From assembly GCA_946965045.2 (NCBI GenBank), contig OX337228.1, forward strand, positions 6,919,077-6,983,076: 64,000 nt of DNA, read 5' to 3'. Position numbers and translations under genes: made by a program. The number at the start of each line of letters is the position of its first letter. Within the stretch, counting starts at the first letter, position 1. The notes beneath the pieces were generated by a model, which worked only from the letters and a program-made list of their open reading frames with translations, did not search any database and was not told the DNA's origin. This DNA comes from Epithemia pelagica. Lineage: Eukaryota > Protista > Bacillariophyta. Shown piece after piece: positions 29,716-42,116 of this stretch.

Positions 29716-31110
29716 TTGGCCCACATGCAACTCACGGTCAAACGTCAAGATCCTCTCTTTTCCAACAGCATCATCAATGAAAACACTTTGAAACAGGCAT
29801 TGGATGAAGGAATGAAACTACCAGGAATCTTGACCAAAGCGTGGGGATCAGCAGTCTCCTCGCTTCAACCCAAATCAAGAGGAGGAACAAATGATGGTAT
29901 TGCCGAACGAAACCAGCAGCAGCAAACCCAATCCATGGTATTGATACCCAACAGAAGCCGTACTAATAATGATGAAGAGGAGGAGGATGTGGAAGGCCAC
30001 CCAGACGATGTCTCGTGCCTTTCCGAAGACTACGATGAAGAATCGGTCCAACACTTGGCGCAATTGAAACAAGTCTTTGTCAGTGATTTGTATTTTTTGG
30101 TCTTGAGTACGGCGGAATGGATGGGCTGTGAGACACAGACACCACCGGAATGGAGGGTGGCCGAACCGGACAATCATACCATTAAAACACCCGTCAATCA
30201 AGACTTTTTTGAATTTGCCTTGGCCGATTATGTGCAAACCATGTGCATTTCGGCGATTGATGGTGGAACCGGCACTGCCCGAAAACGACAATCGATCAAC
30301 CGCAAGACACTCCGCCTCACAGCAGGGGATAGTTCTGTGGACGGCAACAACAACAAGAGCCAGTCGGACACCAAAGAACCAAGCAAAGTCTCCCCTTCCA
30401 AGATCACAAAGAAGAACAAGAAGAGCATCAAGACGAGAGGTGCTGTCCTCCAAAACGAAAAGGACAACCACGTGAAGGATGCTGTCTCTGGCAAAACCCC
30501 ATCGTCCTTCTTTTCCGTATCCAGCGCAGACCCTCAAGAAGAACGAGAACCATTGGCTTCGTCCTCCCGTTCTGCGCAACAGCAGGATCGACTGGCAAGT
30601 TTTCGACAACGCGTCCTGTCCAAACCCGACGAGGCTTCGTTTGTTTCTTCGTCTTCGTCGTCTCGAAAAACAGTCGAGACCAATGCCAGCGCAAGTGTCC
30701 GAGAGTCTTCATTGCCATCCCCCAGTACTCGTACCGTCGAATCCTCGTCTCCCTTTCCTCCTCCTTCCGAGTCCAACCAGGGAGATGGCAGTCTTGTTCT
30801 AGAGGGTCGGAACCAAGGACGATCCCGCACATGGTCGTTTGCTCCAACGCCTCCTGCGCATCCCTATGCGGTTCCGGCTGCTCCACCTCCTCAGGGATGG
30901 AGGGTGGAGGAGTACGGACGTGATTATACGATCATTTCGTCGTCCAATTCCATGGTATCGCTGCAAGAATTGGAACAGCATCGAAATCAACAAAAGAATC
31001 ACCACAACAAGTCGTCCTTTCGAGGACCAAAGCGACGACCAGGACCACAACGACGCTCCATGGTGCGATCCCACACCCACACTGGAGTTTCTGCCATGTA
31101 CCGACGATAA
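29716..31110 (+). CDS. Hypothetical protein (464 aa), mostly disordered; start uncertain
   Basis: Long ORF in the same frame as 28297-29523; central ordered block DDVSCLSED..FVSDLYFLVLSTAEW..FFEFALADY. Confidence 0.6.
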   Translation: MAHMQLTVKRQDPLFSNSIINENTLKQALDEGMKLPGILTKAWGSAVSSLQPKSRGGTNDGIAERNQQQQTQSMVLIPNRSRTNNDEEEEDVEGHPDDVSCLSEDYDEESVQHLAQLKQVFVSDLYFLVLSTAEWMGCETQTPPEWRVAEPDNHTIKTPVNQDFFEFALADYVQTMCISAIDGGTGTARKRQSINRKTLRLTAGDSSVDGNNNKSQSDTKEPSKVSPSKITKKNKKSIKTRGAVLQNEKDNHVKDAVSGKTPSSFFSVSSADPQEEREPLASSSRSAQQQDRLASFRQRVLSKPDEASFVSSSSSSRKTVETNASASVRESSLPSPSTRTVESSSPFPPPSESNQGDGSLVLEGRNQGRSRTWSFAPTPPAHPYAVPAAPPPQGWRVEEYGRDYTIISSSNSMVSLQELEQHRNQQKNHHNKSSFRGPKRRPGPQRRSMVRSHTHTGVSAMYRR

Positions 31111-32861
31111 TGATCACACAACAAATAAAAAGGTGAGGGAGATCGCAACCACAACCACCAGGGGATATAGTAGAGATACACGCAGTGCAAGAATGTGATG
31201 CACATCCTACAAACAAGAAAGAGGGAAACATTGTGTGTCTGTGGCATACGATATAGTAGTGGCGTTTCCAGTTTAATAGGTACGACAAGAGTCATATTCC
31301 AATGGATAGGTTTCTCAAAAACTGGGAATTTTCTCGACCATTGCAGGGGACGCCTCCGTTTTTTCAGTCTCGGCCGATCCATGCCTGTTGACCCGATCGA
31401 CCACTGTCGATTTGGCAGACTCAGGACGATAAATTCGTCCATCGATTGGTGTCCCTCCAAACACAGTGTGGAAGTGCGATTCCGCTTTTCTGCGATTCTT
31501 AATTTCTGCACTTCCGCGAATCGAAAATGGTGATGTTATTCGGAAGCTACAGGATGCGATCTGATAGCATTTTAGATTGCGATTTTTCGAACACTGCGAT
31601 TTCGCAAGTCGGAAGCAGAAGATGTCAGTCAATGTCGGTAATTCGACGTACATGTAGGTACAATAAATCGAAAGTGTAGGTAGCACTATGTACTATTAAG
31701 GAAAATGTAGCTGTATGTCGGTCGAGTGTTTCAAGATGTAGGTATTCACCCACAAAACTCAGCTCACTGTCGGTTTCTCGACCTACATCTATCGCGCTGG
31801 ATGGAATTTGATATCGCATCAATAGCGATTGGAATGTAATCGCATATGTCCTGCAAAATGGGAGCATCGGCGAAAGCGCGTTCCAAAAAGCATGGCGATA
31901 CTGCTACCGCAAAGTAGCGGAGCGAATCGAAGTTCGGTCGGGGGCTCGATCGCATTTCCGTTTGCCGTGTCCCCAAAGAACCTCGTTTGACTGGATCTAT
32001 ATACGCCGACACAATGTACGAAGACCTCTTGGAGTGCGACACACGGGCGGGCGGCGCCACCCACAGCGATGCGTCCTATCCAATCTACAGACAAGAGAGC
32101 GGCAACCGTAGAGGGAGGGATTCGGGTTGGTTTGGACCAGACAGGGAACTGTGCACTTTCTCCTCGTTCGGCCATGGGCGCAAGCATGTATGTATCACAT
32201 ACTGATAAAGTACGATCCGTTTTGCTGAATTGGATGATATTAGACGGGTAGGTACTCTGGAAGTGGCTGGAGAGATTCTTCCAACCGAGACATCGCGATT
32301 CGCGATGAAGAGAGGATGAAGGTGTTCGACTGTGTTGTGGCAAGCCGCTGTGGATGCAGTTCGGTCGGCGTGCACGTCAGCCGCACAAATGCCAACAGCA
32401 TGATGGGTGGGAGTGCGATGGTAATATTCATTCGCCAAACGGAATGCATATTCCGTTGATTAAATCTACTTAGACTTGATGGCACGATCCGTGACCGTCG
32501 CGAGCTTGGTTTGGGGGACTGTAAAATGTATGTAACCAAGTGGCTCGTCTATGTATCATTCCGTTGTGCCCTGACGGGGGACCCAATCAACGGATCAACC
32601 GATGAGGCCATCACATTTTTATTTCGTCGCTTTTGGCCTTGGTTGTCGTCGTCGGTCAAGTCTTTTGGAATATTGAACCTCTCGGTCTGGATTCCGACAT
32701 TCTCCTCTTTCCCTTGTTCTAAATTGTATCTGTTTTCAGTTTCAAACGCTGGCAAGCAACAATGCTACGTGGAGAATCATAACAACAACCAGTACACGAG
32801 GTTTCGTTTGCACGCAAGCAACCAACAAAACAGCGCAACTAGAGATACTAGATACTACAAA

Positions 32862-35800
32862 ATGGTTCGTGAACGCAAACATGTTCAAATGGTCAAGGGT
32901 TCGCTGTCTCCCACACGACTTCGCAAGCCCATTCAAATGATGACCAAAACAAGTGTCATCAAGATGGAATCTTCACCAGGCAAACAAGGTCCGGATGCTG
33001 CTTTGCCAAACAACAACAACAACAAGGACCACAACAACAACAACAACACGACAAAGGACCAGCAGGAACTGGCCGAAACAAGTTCGATTCCTTCCTCGCA
33101 TCCCTCGGTTTCCGTATCCTCGTGTTCCGGAACCACCTTGTCTGGTTCTTCATCCTCTGTTTCGTTTCATGCGACTGCGGCTACCGCTGGCACCACCAAT
33201 CTACGAACGACCATGCCGGGAGCGACCGTCGTGGGAGCCTCCCAGCGGCCTTTGGAAACCACAGCACGCTTGCGTCAAAAGATTATTCAAAAACATGCCG
33301 CCCAACAACGCCATGGTCCTTCTTTTCACAACAAGAACAACAAGAAGAAGCATATCCAGCAGCAGCAACAACAACAACAACAACGACAAGACCGAGACCC
33401 GGATTCTCAAGGACCATCACTCGCAGCAGCAACAGCAGCAGCAACAACAACAGCGTCTCGTGTGGTTGCCTCCTCCTCCTCCGCCAAGTTTCCGCCTCGC
33501 GCTTCGAGTAGTACTACGAATGCCATTCGACAAAAGTTGGGTTCGCCACTGGGGCGGCAACGAATGAACCAACCACAAACAGAACAGCACGAAGAGCAAG
33601 AACAAGAACTGGTCGAGTCCTACAAGGGTATTACTACTGATAAGAATTACGATCATGCGGACAACAAGGACCCTCGCAAAGAAACAGACATGGAGAACGA
33701 CGACGACGATGACGACGAGGATGATCCCTGGGTGCGTCACCACGAGGATGATTTAACGGCCGCCGATGCCGCCACGGTCGTGACGGGTTGGGATTCGATT
33801 CGATCCAAATTAGTGGCCCAACAACAACAACAACAAACGCAAACACCACAGGCACAACCACACCGTCCCGAGACGACTGGTTCTTCTGCTTCTTCTAGTA
33901 GCAGGAGTGGTACGACAACAAGTCGTAGCAGCAAGCCCTCATCGTCACCAAAACCGCATCCTCCTGCTCCTTTGGTACCGCCCCAGCAATCGCCACAAAC
34001 ACGTATGTCCATCCGCGGCCTCCCTGGAGGTGCTCCTCTTTCTCCTACGGTGGTCGACAGCCAGAAGAACAACACCAACACTCCCCATACTACTCCCCAA
34101 AAGAACCGACCAACTCCATCAGTACTTTGGACTGTTTCGTCGTCATCGTCGTCCTGTTCCTTGGAGGCCTTTTTGGTGGATAGTGCGACCGTCCTTTCCC
34201 AGGAGGGAAAACCACAAGAAAAAGAAGAACCGCAAGAAAACGAAAAAAAAGAACGACAACAACACGAAATAGAAGAACCAGAAGCAGCCGCCACTGGACC
34301 CGCATGCTCCGTCCTGTCACCCTTGACGACACCCACAGCCCTGGCCAGCGTGGTAGATGGTACAACTCATACAAGACAGCCAATGAACAACCAGCACCCG
34401 AACCACACGGCGGCACAAGTGGAATCGTCCGTGCCGAATGACCGTCCTCCACAAGAAGGACGCGACGACGACGACGAAGACTCGATCCTCCGACTGAGCC
34501 ACCACCAAGACTTTCTTCCTCCCCAACCGGACCAGGACGAGTATTCGACTTCGTATATTTTGGATCCCTTGAATTCCCTCTTGGAGGAGGATGACCATGA
34601 ATCCAAGGACCCGACAGTTGCAGTGCTTCGGCCACCGTCTCAAGCTGCATCGCTCGTGCAAGAAGCAGCAGCAGCAGTCGATCAACGAGAGGATGCCAAG
34701 AATGGACCGTACCAAAATGACAGTTATCCTCGCGATGGGTCCCATCTTCCCCAGGAATTGTATGCCCAAGTCTCGGATCCCAGTGCTCACATTCTCGCTG
34801 TGGCGCAAAAAATGTATCGTCTCAACCGCAATCAAGTTCCCGCCGCCATACCACCACCAGCAGAACAGCATCATCCGTTCCACGTCATTGGCATTCCCCA
34901 TACCATTCAGGATCCATCAGAGAATCGTGAACCGCCAGAGGCACTCTCCGAACCAAAAGGACCACTGGATCCTTCCAGTACTAATAAGCACCAAACTAGA
35001 CGACGAAGAAGAAAAGCCACCAGCATGAAAAGAGGCGAACACTCGTTGATATCCTCCTCCTCGGAACCGTCGGCCTCTCTCCAAAGGACGACGGACCACC
35101 ACCATTCCAGTGCGGATCCAGCAACACGTCCCAAACACAGCAACAACAACAACAAGGCCAAAACGGCTCGCAGTACTTCTACGAGTCGATGGGATCCCGA
35201 GAGCCTGGTCGGCAAAGTCATTGGAGGAACCTTGTACCATGATCCGACGAGTCCCTTTGCTGTCAAACCCAAAGACAGTGACGAAGAGGATGAAACCAAT
35301 AGTGAATGGACACCCCTATTGATTCGACCTGCTGGTGTGGCAACGACTACTACCGACAAAGGACATGCCTCTGCCCATGCGGCAGATCCGTCTCTACTAG
35401 CAAAAGATGGCACGGTACCACTCTCTTCTGCGCCCCAGCAACAAGAACAAGATCAACATCCATCCGAATGGCTACAACCAGAAGGACGAAGTCGATCGCT
35501 GCCAACCATTCGTTTGTGTGGACCCGGTCGACGTCGTCCCACTTCCTTTCGATCTTCCGCGACAACGACAGATGCTGCCATGGCGCACTACCATACAGGA
35601 AAGCATTATCCCGTACACGAGACTCATCCAAAGTCCAATAAGAATCCACCCAAGGAAAACACCCTGAAACGAGAGGAACCGGCACGTACGGCCAAAGAGA
35701 ATCCTTCTGTGGAACGAAGCGTTCATCATGGAGGATATCAAACAGTGTCGGAATCCTCCATGGAAGAGGGAAAAGCGTCGGAGGATGATGGTTCCCATCA

Positions 35801-38090
35801 TGGTCTATTGGTAGACTCGGTAGATACAGAGAGCAAGTCTTATCTTGTGCTCAAAGATGGTTCCTATCGGCACTTTATGATTTCCAGCCTTCTTTCCAAT
35901 TGGCTAATGGGGAGAAAAACCTCAACGAGACTAGTGTCAGAGCCATTGGTAGGAGTGGAACAATCGCAACAAGCAAAAGAATTTCACGATCACAAAAGTG
36001 AATCAGAGGATCGCTTGCTACAGTCCATGTCCTATGGTGGTGCGTACAATCCTTCCACAACGAGGCAAAAACCGACCCATTCTCCTGGCGTATTTCGCAA
36101 TGCTCCCACCATGAACCGGGATAACACGGTAGAAGCAAAGGAAGGTATCAAAAGAGAAGGAAAAGAAGCGAGCCACGACCAAAACCATACGGTCTCGGCC
36201 GAAGTGGAGGAACCAGAGCTGCAAAATGACGATCCCACTGTAGATCCAATATTGATCATTGGCACCGCTCCAAATAGAAAGGACAAGGCTGCAAAAAGTC
36301 GCAATCATCTCAATCAGGCTCAATCGCGTCTATTTCAGGGGTTACTGCGAGTACGGAGCTCGAACAATGGTCGCCGTCGCGATACTACTGCAACGAATCC
36401 AGAGGACATTCAACAGGATGACGATCTGGTGATATTGAATCCATGCACCGCAGTAGACTCTCGTCGTCTTCTGGAAATCGAGAGATATGAGCCACAGCAC
36501 GATCCCCCGCGAGCAGCATACGACCTCGATTCTTCCGCCTCTTTGGTGGTACTGCCTCGACGATCTCGATCTCTCCCCCTAGTAGGCCAGAAAACAAGAA
36601 ACACGGCGAATATCGACACCAGCGGTTCACTCGAGGAAGCAGCCGACTTGGCAGTCAATACAGCTGTTCTTTCTTCCCTCTCCGTATCTACCGTAGTATC
36701 TTCCATTGGATCCATGTCTCGAAACCTACCGAACCAGCGACAGGCTCCGACAAGTACCAAGAATCTTTCGCTCAAGTCTCTATGGCAACGTCGTCTGAAT
36801 AAGACTGCCAATCCTTCTCAAAATGGCATGAGGGATGAACCAACGCGATCGACGACCCGCCGCATGGGTCCACGTGCTCGTTCTTCGTGGAAGAAACCCG
36901 TTTCCAAGAATGGTATTGGTCTACGATTGTGGCGCCCCCGGAATTCGGGTGACAACATGGCCAATCATGGTCGTCGGGGTCAGGACAAGAACAAGCAGGA
37001 TGGCGACGACGACGACATGTTGGATCATGAAATTGTGCTCCATCTTGTCAACGTGGACGACAAGGATTCTGCGCATCATGGCCAGGAAAAGGGTCGACAA
37101 GACGGAAGCAATGGTACTGGAAGTATGACCCCAATACAGCCCGCCGGATGCATGGTACCCTCATTGGTGGACCACCACGCGTTTATCAAGTCTACTACTA
37201 CGGCTGCCGAAGCTGCGGCCGCTGCCTGGTCCAAAAGTATTGCTTCGCATCCGTGGGTTGGTTTCTGTCAACCCATGGAGGGGGACGATGATCTGAATAA
37301 AGGCTTTCACCACAAGCAACTCAAAGTCCTGGATTCTTGCAAGGCTCTTGAGCACTGGAAGGAACAGCAACAGCATCAATCCTTTAAATCATCGACCATT
37401 CGAAAAAATGTATCCTTTAATCTCAATGCTAATGCTACCTACGAAACGGAGAACAACAACGGTGACCACGAGGATCGATCCGTGGTGGTGGAGAATGGAG
37501 GAGGAGGCTGCTGGGTGGGACCAGACAATGGTTGGTGGGCCCAACAGCTTGTTGGATATGCTGTCATGGCCCGTGCTCCATTACTCTTCCTACTGAGTGC
37601 CACTTCGGTCCTGCCCAACAAATCCAGCCATCGGGACCACGACGACGACGATGACGATGAGGATTCCGAAGATGCTGCATCGGAGAAGGAGGACGAGGAA
37701 TCGAGTCAAGACGAAAAGGAACAACAAGAAGAAAAAGATCCGGAAGAGGAGGAGGAAGACGACGAAGACGCTTCTGCAACATCTCCCGAATATTTTGGAC
37801 AAGAATGGAACGCTGGTGTTACTGCGGCCTGTACCAAGCACCCTTCCTCCAGTCAAGACGATCTCATCCTGGCAGCGCCGTGTACAATACCGAGACTGCG
37901 GCAGCCAAGGCAACACCCAAACAGAGGTGACCGCCGCCATCGGGTCGTGACACCTCCTTCTTCTTCTTCTCAGCACCAGGTCACATTGTCTTCTCGAGAA
38001 AGTCCCTTTTCGCAGGAGAGTAGTGCCGTAGCATCCCGCGAATCGCCCTTTCGATTTCCGTCCACATCGGCCAGTACGACCATGGAATAG
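32862..38090 (+). CDS. Very large intronless intrinsically disordered protein (~1740 aa)
   Basis: 5.2-kb open frame; likely start MVRERK at 32862; acidic C-terminal tract; RSRSLP x2; KNVSF. Confidence 0.8.
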   Translation: MVRERKHVQMVKGSLSPTRLRKPIQMMTKTSVIKMESSPGKQGPDAALPNNNNNKDHNNNNNTTKDQQELAETSSIPSSHPSVSVSSCSGTTLSGSSSSVSFHATAATAGTTNLRTTMPGATVVGASQRPLETTARLRQKIIQKHAAQQRHGPSFHNKNNKKKHIQQQQQQQQQRQDRDPDSQGPSLAAATAAATTTASRVVASSSSAKFPPRASSSTTNAIRQKLGSPLGRQRMNQPQTEQHEEQEQELVESYKGITTDKNYDHADNKDPRKETDMENDDDDDDEDDPWVRHHEDDLTAADAATVVTGWDSIRSKLVAQQQQQQTQTPQAQPHRPETTGSSASSSSRSGTTTSRSSKPSSSPKPHPPAPLVPPQQSPQTRMSIRGLPGGAPLSPTVVDSQKNNTNTPHTTPQKNRPTPSVLWTVSSSSSSCSLEAFLVDSATVLSQEGKPQEKEEPQENEKKERQQHEIEEPEAAATGPACSVLSPLTTPTALASVVDGTTHTRQPMNNQHPNHTAAQVESSVPNDRPPQEGRDDDDEDSILRLSHHQDFLPPQPDQDEYSTSYILDPLNSLLEEDDHESKDPTVAVLRPPSQAASLVQEAAAAVDQREDAKNGPYQNDSYPRDGSHLPQELYAQVSDPSAHILAVAQKMYRLNRNQVPAAIPPPAEQHHPFHVIGIPHTIQDPSENREPPEALSEPKGPLDPSSTNKHQTRRRRRKATSMKRGEHSLISSSSEPSASLQRTTDHHHSSADPATRPKHSNNNNKAKTARSTSTSRWDPESLVGKVIGGTLYHDPTSPFAVKPKDSDEEDETNSEWTPLLIRPAGVATTTTDKGHASAHAADPSLLAKDGTVPLSSAPQQQEQDQHPSEWLQPEGRSRSLPTIRLCGPGRRRPTSFRSSATTTDAAMAHYHTGKHYPVHETHPKSNKNPPKENTLKREEPARTAKENPSVERSVHHGGYQTVSESSMEEGKASEDDGSHHGLLVDSVDTESKSYLVLKDGSYRHFMISSLLSNWLMGRKTSTRLVSEPLVGVEQSQQAKEFHDHKSESEDRLLQSMSYGGAYNPSTTRQKPTHSPGVFRNAPTMNRDNTVEAKEGIKREGKEASHDQNHTVSAEVEEPELQNDDPTVDPILIIGTAPNRKDKAAKSRNHLNQAQSRLFQGLLRVRSSNNGRRRDTTATNPEDIQQDDDLVILNPCTAVDSRRLLEIERYEPQHDPPRAAYDLDSSASLVVLPRRSRSLPLVGQKTRNTANIDTSGSLEEAADLAVNTAVLSSLSVSTVVSSIGSMSRNLPNQRQAPTSTKNLSLKSLWQRRLNKTANPSQNGMRDEPTRSTTRRMGPRARSSWKKPVSKNGIGLRLWRPRNSGDNMANHGRRGQDKNKQDGDDDDMLDHEIVLHLVNVDDKDSAHHGQEKGRQDGSNGTGSMTPIQPAGCMVPSLVDHHAFIKSTTTAAEAAAAAWSKSIASHPWVGFCQPMEGDDDLNKGFHHKQLKVLDSCKALEHWKEQQQHQSFKSSTIRKNVSFNLNANATYETENNNGDHEDRSVVVENGGGGCWVGPDNGWWAQQLVGYAVMARAPLLFLLSATSVLPNKSSHRDHDDDDDDEDSEDAASEKEDEESSQDEKEQQEEKDPEEEEEDDEDASATSPEYFGQEWNAGVTAACTKHPSSSQDDLILAAPCTIPRLRQPRQHPNRGDRRHRVVTPPSSSSQHQVTLSSRESPFSQESSAVASRESPFRFPSTSASTTME

Positions 38091-38806
38091 CTAGCTAGTA
38101 AGATTCACACACACACACACAAGACACATTTACATTCATAACTTGCAACCATGTATGCACAACAGAACTTTTTAATTTTCGCTCCCTGCTTCAAAACTAG
38201 ATCTCTCGCCCAATATATACTTCTCGTTCGGAAGCTTCATCTTGGCTTGTAATGTTTACCAGTGCTCCTGTACCATTTGGACTGCCATGGATGGTTTCGG
38301 TTGTCGCCATGGTCTTGTGCCCAGTCGTTATCCTACGCATCCGCTTTTGCACCATAGAGAATGAGGTTGCACGTCACTCGATCGTTCCTCCCATGTTGCT
38401 CCCTCGTGCCAAGAATGATTGTGCTTCGAATGATAGACACTACACTAGTAGGCGTGAGCGGCTTTGGCCTCGTTCTGATTGGGGTAGAGAACAAGTTCGT
38501 GTTACGCGCAAGAGGTCAACGAGTAGAATGGATGCCATGGGCTTCTCTATGAAAGGTCGCTCTTGTGTGTGTGTGTGTCAATGGTGTTTCTAGTTTATGA
38601 CGCGGCGCATCGTTGTTTCGTCCAACATGTTCGTTCCATTGACCAGGCATTGTGTGTGATCGTATAGTAGTGTACATCTAGATGGAGTATCGGTAGTCCA
38701 GGAGGATACCAAGCGTCGTCTCTTCCTGTGCGAATCCACCGAGACAGCTTCCCATTCGGTTCAACAAGAGAGAACGAGCGAGAAGAGCAATCGTAGGTCG
38801 TCCAAA

Positions 38807-39195
38807 TTACCATCCATCATCGGCTTCTTCCGCAATTCGCTTCTTTTCTTCTTCGGAGAGTTCGAGTTCGTTTTGTAGGACAGCTTCGGCCTCGGTTTTT
38901 CCCGTTTCGGCCGTGGTTTCTTTGAGGGCTTGTTCCAATTGCGCCGTGAGCGATCCCAAATCACTGACACTGGAAACTTCGACATCTTCCATCAATCCAC
39001 CCGTGATACGGGTACTCATGGAATCGGACAAACCACTGCCTCGTACCTTGGCCCGTTCTCCTTGTTGTTCCGTAAAGGCCACCAATCCAATGCCGGCCAC
39101 CAAGCCAGCAATGGCCACACCCGCTCCTTGAATCATGGCATCGTCCACCATTTGCAAACGACTCGTACTACTACTCCAAGTCGATGGTCGTGTAG

Positions 39196-39229
<34 letters not shown>

Positions 39230-39376
39230 AAAAGATGTCGACTGCCGTGTCAGTGCCACAGCTTGCTGCGTTGTGGTTCGACCGACAAAGGCATAGGCAG
39301 CTTCCGTGGTACCGACCATGGACAGTGCCCAAAGGCTCACAAGAACAGCAATCTTGGAAAAGGAAGAATCGACCAT
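38807..39376 (-). CDS. Plastid-targeted single-pass membrane protein of unknown function (189 aa)
   Basis: Signal peptide ending AAYA-F, Thr/Ser-rich transit peptide ending RLQM, helix AMIQGAGVAIAGLVAGIGLVAF, C-terminus EEADDGW. Confidence 0.8.
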
Positions 39377-39639
39377 GGTCAAACCGAGCTTGGACAACAG
39401 AGTGGCAGCAGACGAAGAAGATGTTATATGGAATGAACTGTTACAAGTGGTAAGTGGTAGCCGTCGAGAGTCCAGCGTCGAGATGACGACAATGGGAAGC
39501 GAAGGACGAGATGAATGACAAAGCATGTCGTACGTGTTGCACTTGGGTGGAGCGATTGCATCAGCTTGTTGTGGACGCAGTTAAGTCGCTGTAACAGAGT
39601 GAATGGGCTTCCTTTGCTACCCTTGATTTGTTCCTCTAT

Positions 39640-40025
39640 CTAGTCCTCTAGCTAATCTACCCTGTCGGTAGTCTCGGGAAGTGTCAGGAATGGTTGACGT
39701 TTTGCATTTCTTGGATAGAATTTTAGGATCGGTTCAGGTTGGAAAAAGATCCAAAACTGGATCGTTTGTGGTTTGTGTTCTTCGTTGACGAGAAATGAGA
39801 TGGACGACATGAGCCATGACACAGTCTATATTATTGTGATTCGTGGCGCTTCGTGGTACTACGTGGCGGTCTGGATTTCTCAAGAACGTAAAACGCAAAT
39901 CAGAGCGATCCGACTATTAAAAAAACAGAATTTCTATGAAATATCCCGAACGCAAAGCATTTCCTCTCAATTCGCGCAATCTCCAACGAAAAATACAATC
40001 CTTATCCCTAATGTGGATACTACGG
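39640..40025 (-). mobile_element. Internally deleted MITE-like copy, inverted relative to 48027-48944
   Basis: The reverse complement of 39836-40015 matches 48067-48250, and that of 39640-39750 matches 48845-48944. Confidence 0.8.
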
Positions 40026-40262
40026 CGATTTGAACCATAGCTTCCACATGGAGCCGAAGAAGAAGACCACGTCATTTTCCATGTCGAGATTGGGAAATGC
40101 GACACGATCTTTATCGTTCCCCCCATCATGGTAGACTTCAAACTCGATCCATCTCTGGCTTCTCTCTCTTGTTGACGCAAAAGGAAAACACTTGTGGCAG
40201 CATTACAAAGAACGTTCATTGCTTGCTTCCTCCAGCACTCGTAGAAAGATTTGGAAACAACA

Positions 40263-42116
40263 ATGAAGATCGCTGTGGTCGTGACGCATTTGCTCGTAGC
40301 GGGCATTCCCCTGGCGAGTGCCTTTACGGCCGTACCAACAACGGCTTGGTCCTCCCGAACAACCGTGGGATCCCTGTCGTCGACGACGGCACCGGAAGAA
40401 ACAATCGTGGAACGCAAGGCACCGGGTGCTGGATCCATGCCGGACTGGGCCAACAGCAACAAGGGTGTGTCACCTGACGAATTTTTGGCGTCGGATATGA
40501 GCAAACCCGACTTGTCGGAAATGTGGGAATGCCCCTTGACGCGATGGGATTCCGAAAAGTAAGGCCCAACTCAAAGGAACGGAGGAATGGACCATTTGTA
40601 TCATGTTTCGACCGGACCGGGGACCACCATTCTGGATGCCTGCTTGTTTCTCACTGACTCACGCGCATGTTTTTTCTTGTGCTTTCTTGGTGTGTAGCAT
40701 TGACACGGTCCAGGCGCAAAAGCAAGCGCGGGACGCGGTCAAGGTTGGTTCGAGTCCCTTGGAAGTCCGGGCCACGGATGCCGACAATGCCCTGGGCGCT
40801 CAATACTTTGCCGAGAATCGAGACGCCTTGCGCGCCGACTTGTTGAAATACGGCGCTCTGTGGTTGCGAGGCTTTGATTTGCCCCAAACGGTCCGAGGAT
40901 ATCGGGAAATGTACGAAGCCTTGGGCCTCGATCCCTGTTTGGATCCCTTGCATTCGTCCGGACTGCGCAAGTTTGCCTCGGAACGCGATGCCCTCTATGA
41001 AGAAGTACGTTGGAGTGTCGTAGCATGGTGGTGGTGGTGTGTTGTTGTTGTGTGCCTCTATACTTGGAGGTTCTCACTTGAATGCTTGCGTTTTGGTGTT
41101 TCCTGAATGGTTTGTTGTTGGATTTGCCGTTTCTTTTTACTCTCTACCTCTCTACTAGGTGAACAAACCATCTTTGCGCGGCCACTACATTGGCTTGCAT
41201 TGCGAATCGACGACCAAGCGAACGGCCGCGTACGCTGGCTTTGTGTGTTTTCAACGAGCGACGGAATCGGGCGGCCGATTCTTGATTGCCGATGGAGCGG
41301 CCATTTTGGCCGAATTGGATCCCACCTTGTTGCAAAAGTTGTACGATCAACAAATTCGCATTTCCGTCTCCAATTTGGATGTCCCACCGGCCCTGCCGCA
41401 AATGGTCAAGGATGGCTTTAAATCCGTCGTGGCGGCCGCCGTGGCGCCCAAATTTGATATGGATTTGGAAATGATGTACGAATACGATGGGACACCGGGA
41501 CGATTGCAGGTACGTGGTCGGTTGTGTATGCAGGAGAAGGAGGAGTGTGTGTGTGTATATATGTGTGTTTGTGGTGGCGGTCGGTATGGTGGTTTCGGAG
41601 CCAATCTCTCACCAGCAGGATCGGGTTCCTCCTGTCTCCTCTTTATTATTACGACACACACACACACAGGCTGTCGAAAAGGCGGAATCTCCCATTAATC
41701 GTCACCCCGTGACGGGCTTGCCGGTCTGGTTCAACAATGCGCACAATCACGCTCGTAAATTGCGCGATCGCCGTCCCTGCGGTGTTCCAGAAGTGGGCAT
41801 GACGGAAGTCTTTTATGCCGATACCATGGAACCGCTGAGTTTGGAGGATTGTTTGGAAATTCAACGCGCGAGTGAAAAGCACATTACGGCCGTTCCCATG
41901 GAACCCGGCGATGTCTTGTTGGTGGACAATTACCGGACCTTGCATGGTCGCGATGTCTTTCAAGGCGATCGGTTCCATGCCGTCACGTGGTTTACTTGGG
42001 ATTCGGCCGACTGGCGTGGTGACGAACGACGCATTTTGGAAAAGAATGCCTTGAATCAAGCCATTAACCAAATGATGGATTGGTTGCCCAAAGACTTTGA
42101 ATCGAAACAAAATTAG
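40263..42116 (+). CDS. Plastid-targeted TauD/TfdA-family Fe(II)/2-oxoglutarate dioxygenase (introns 40559-40697, 41005-41158, 41510-41669)
   Basis: Presequence ..PLASA-FTAVP; KYGALWLRGF; metal ligands LHCE; RHPVTG..VWFN; EPGDVLLVDNYRTLHGR. All splice junctions restore the frame. Confidence 0.9.

Noticed and set aside
32511-32861. N-terminal extensions from TTG/GTG starts (also 53959-54066, 39377-39526, 4183-4317)
   Set aside because: They are artefacts of alternative-start ORF calling; downstream ATGs fit eukaryotic starts and presequences better.
18883-38090. Many antisense and alternate-frame ORFs in the track
   Set aside because: They are shadows of triplet-rich coding sequence (poly-V, poly-L, poly-C) overlapping longer ORFs.
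38807-39376. PsbW
   Set aside because: Plastid single-pass topology fits, but the PsbW signature sequence is absent.
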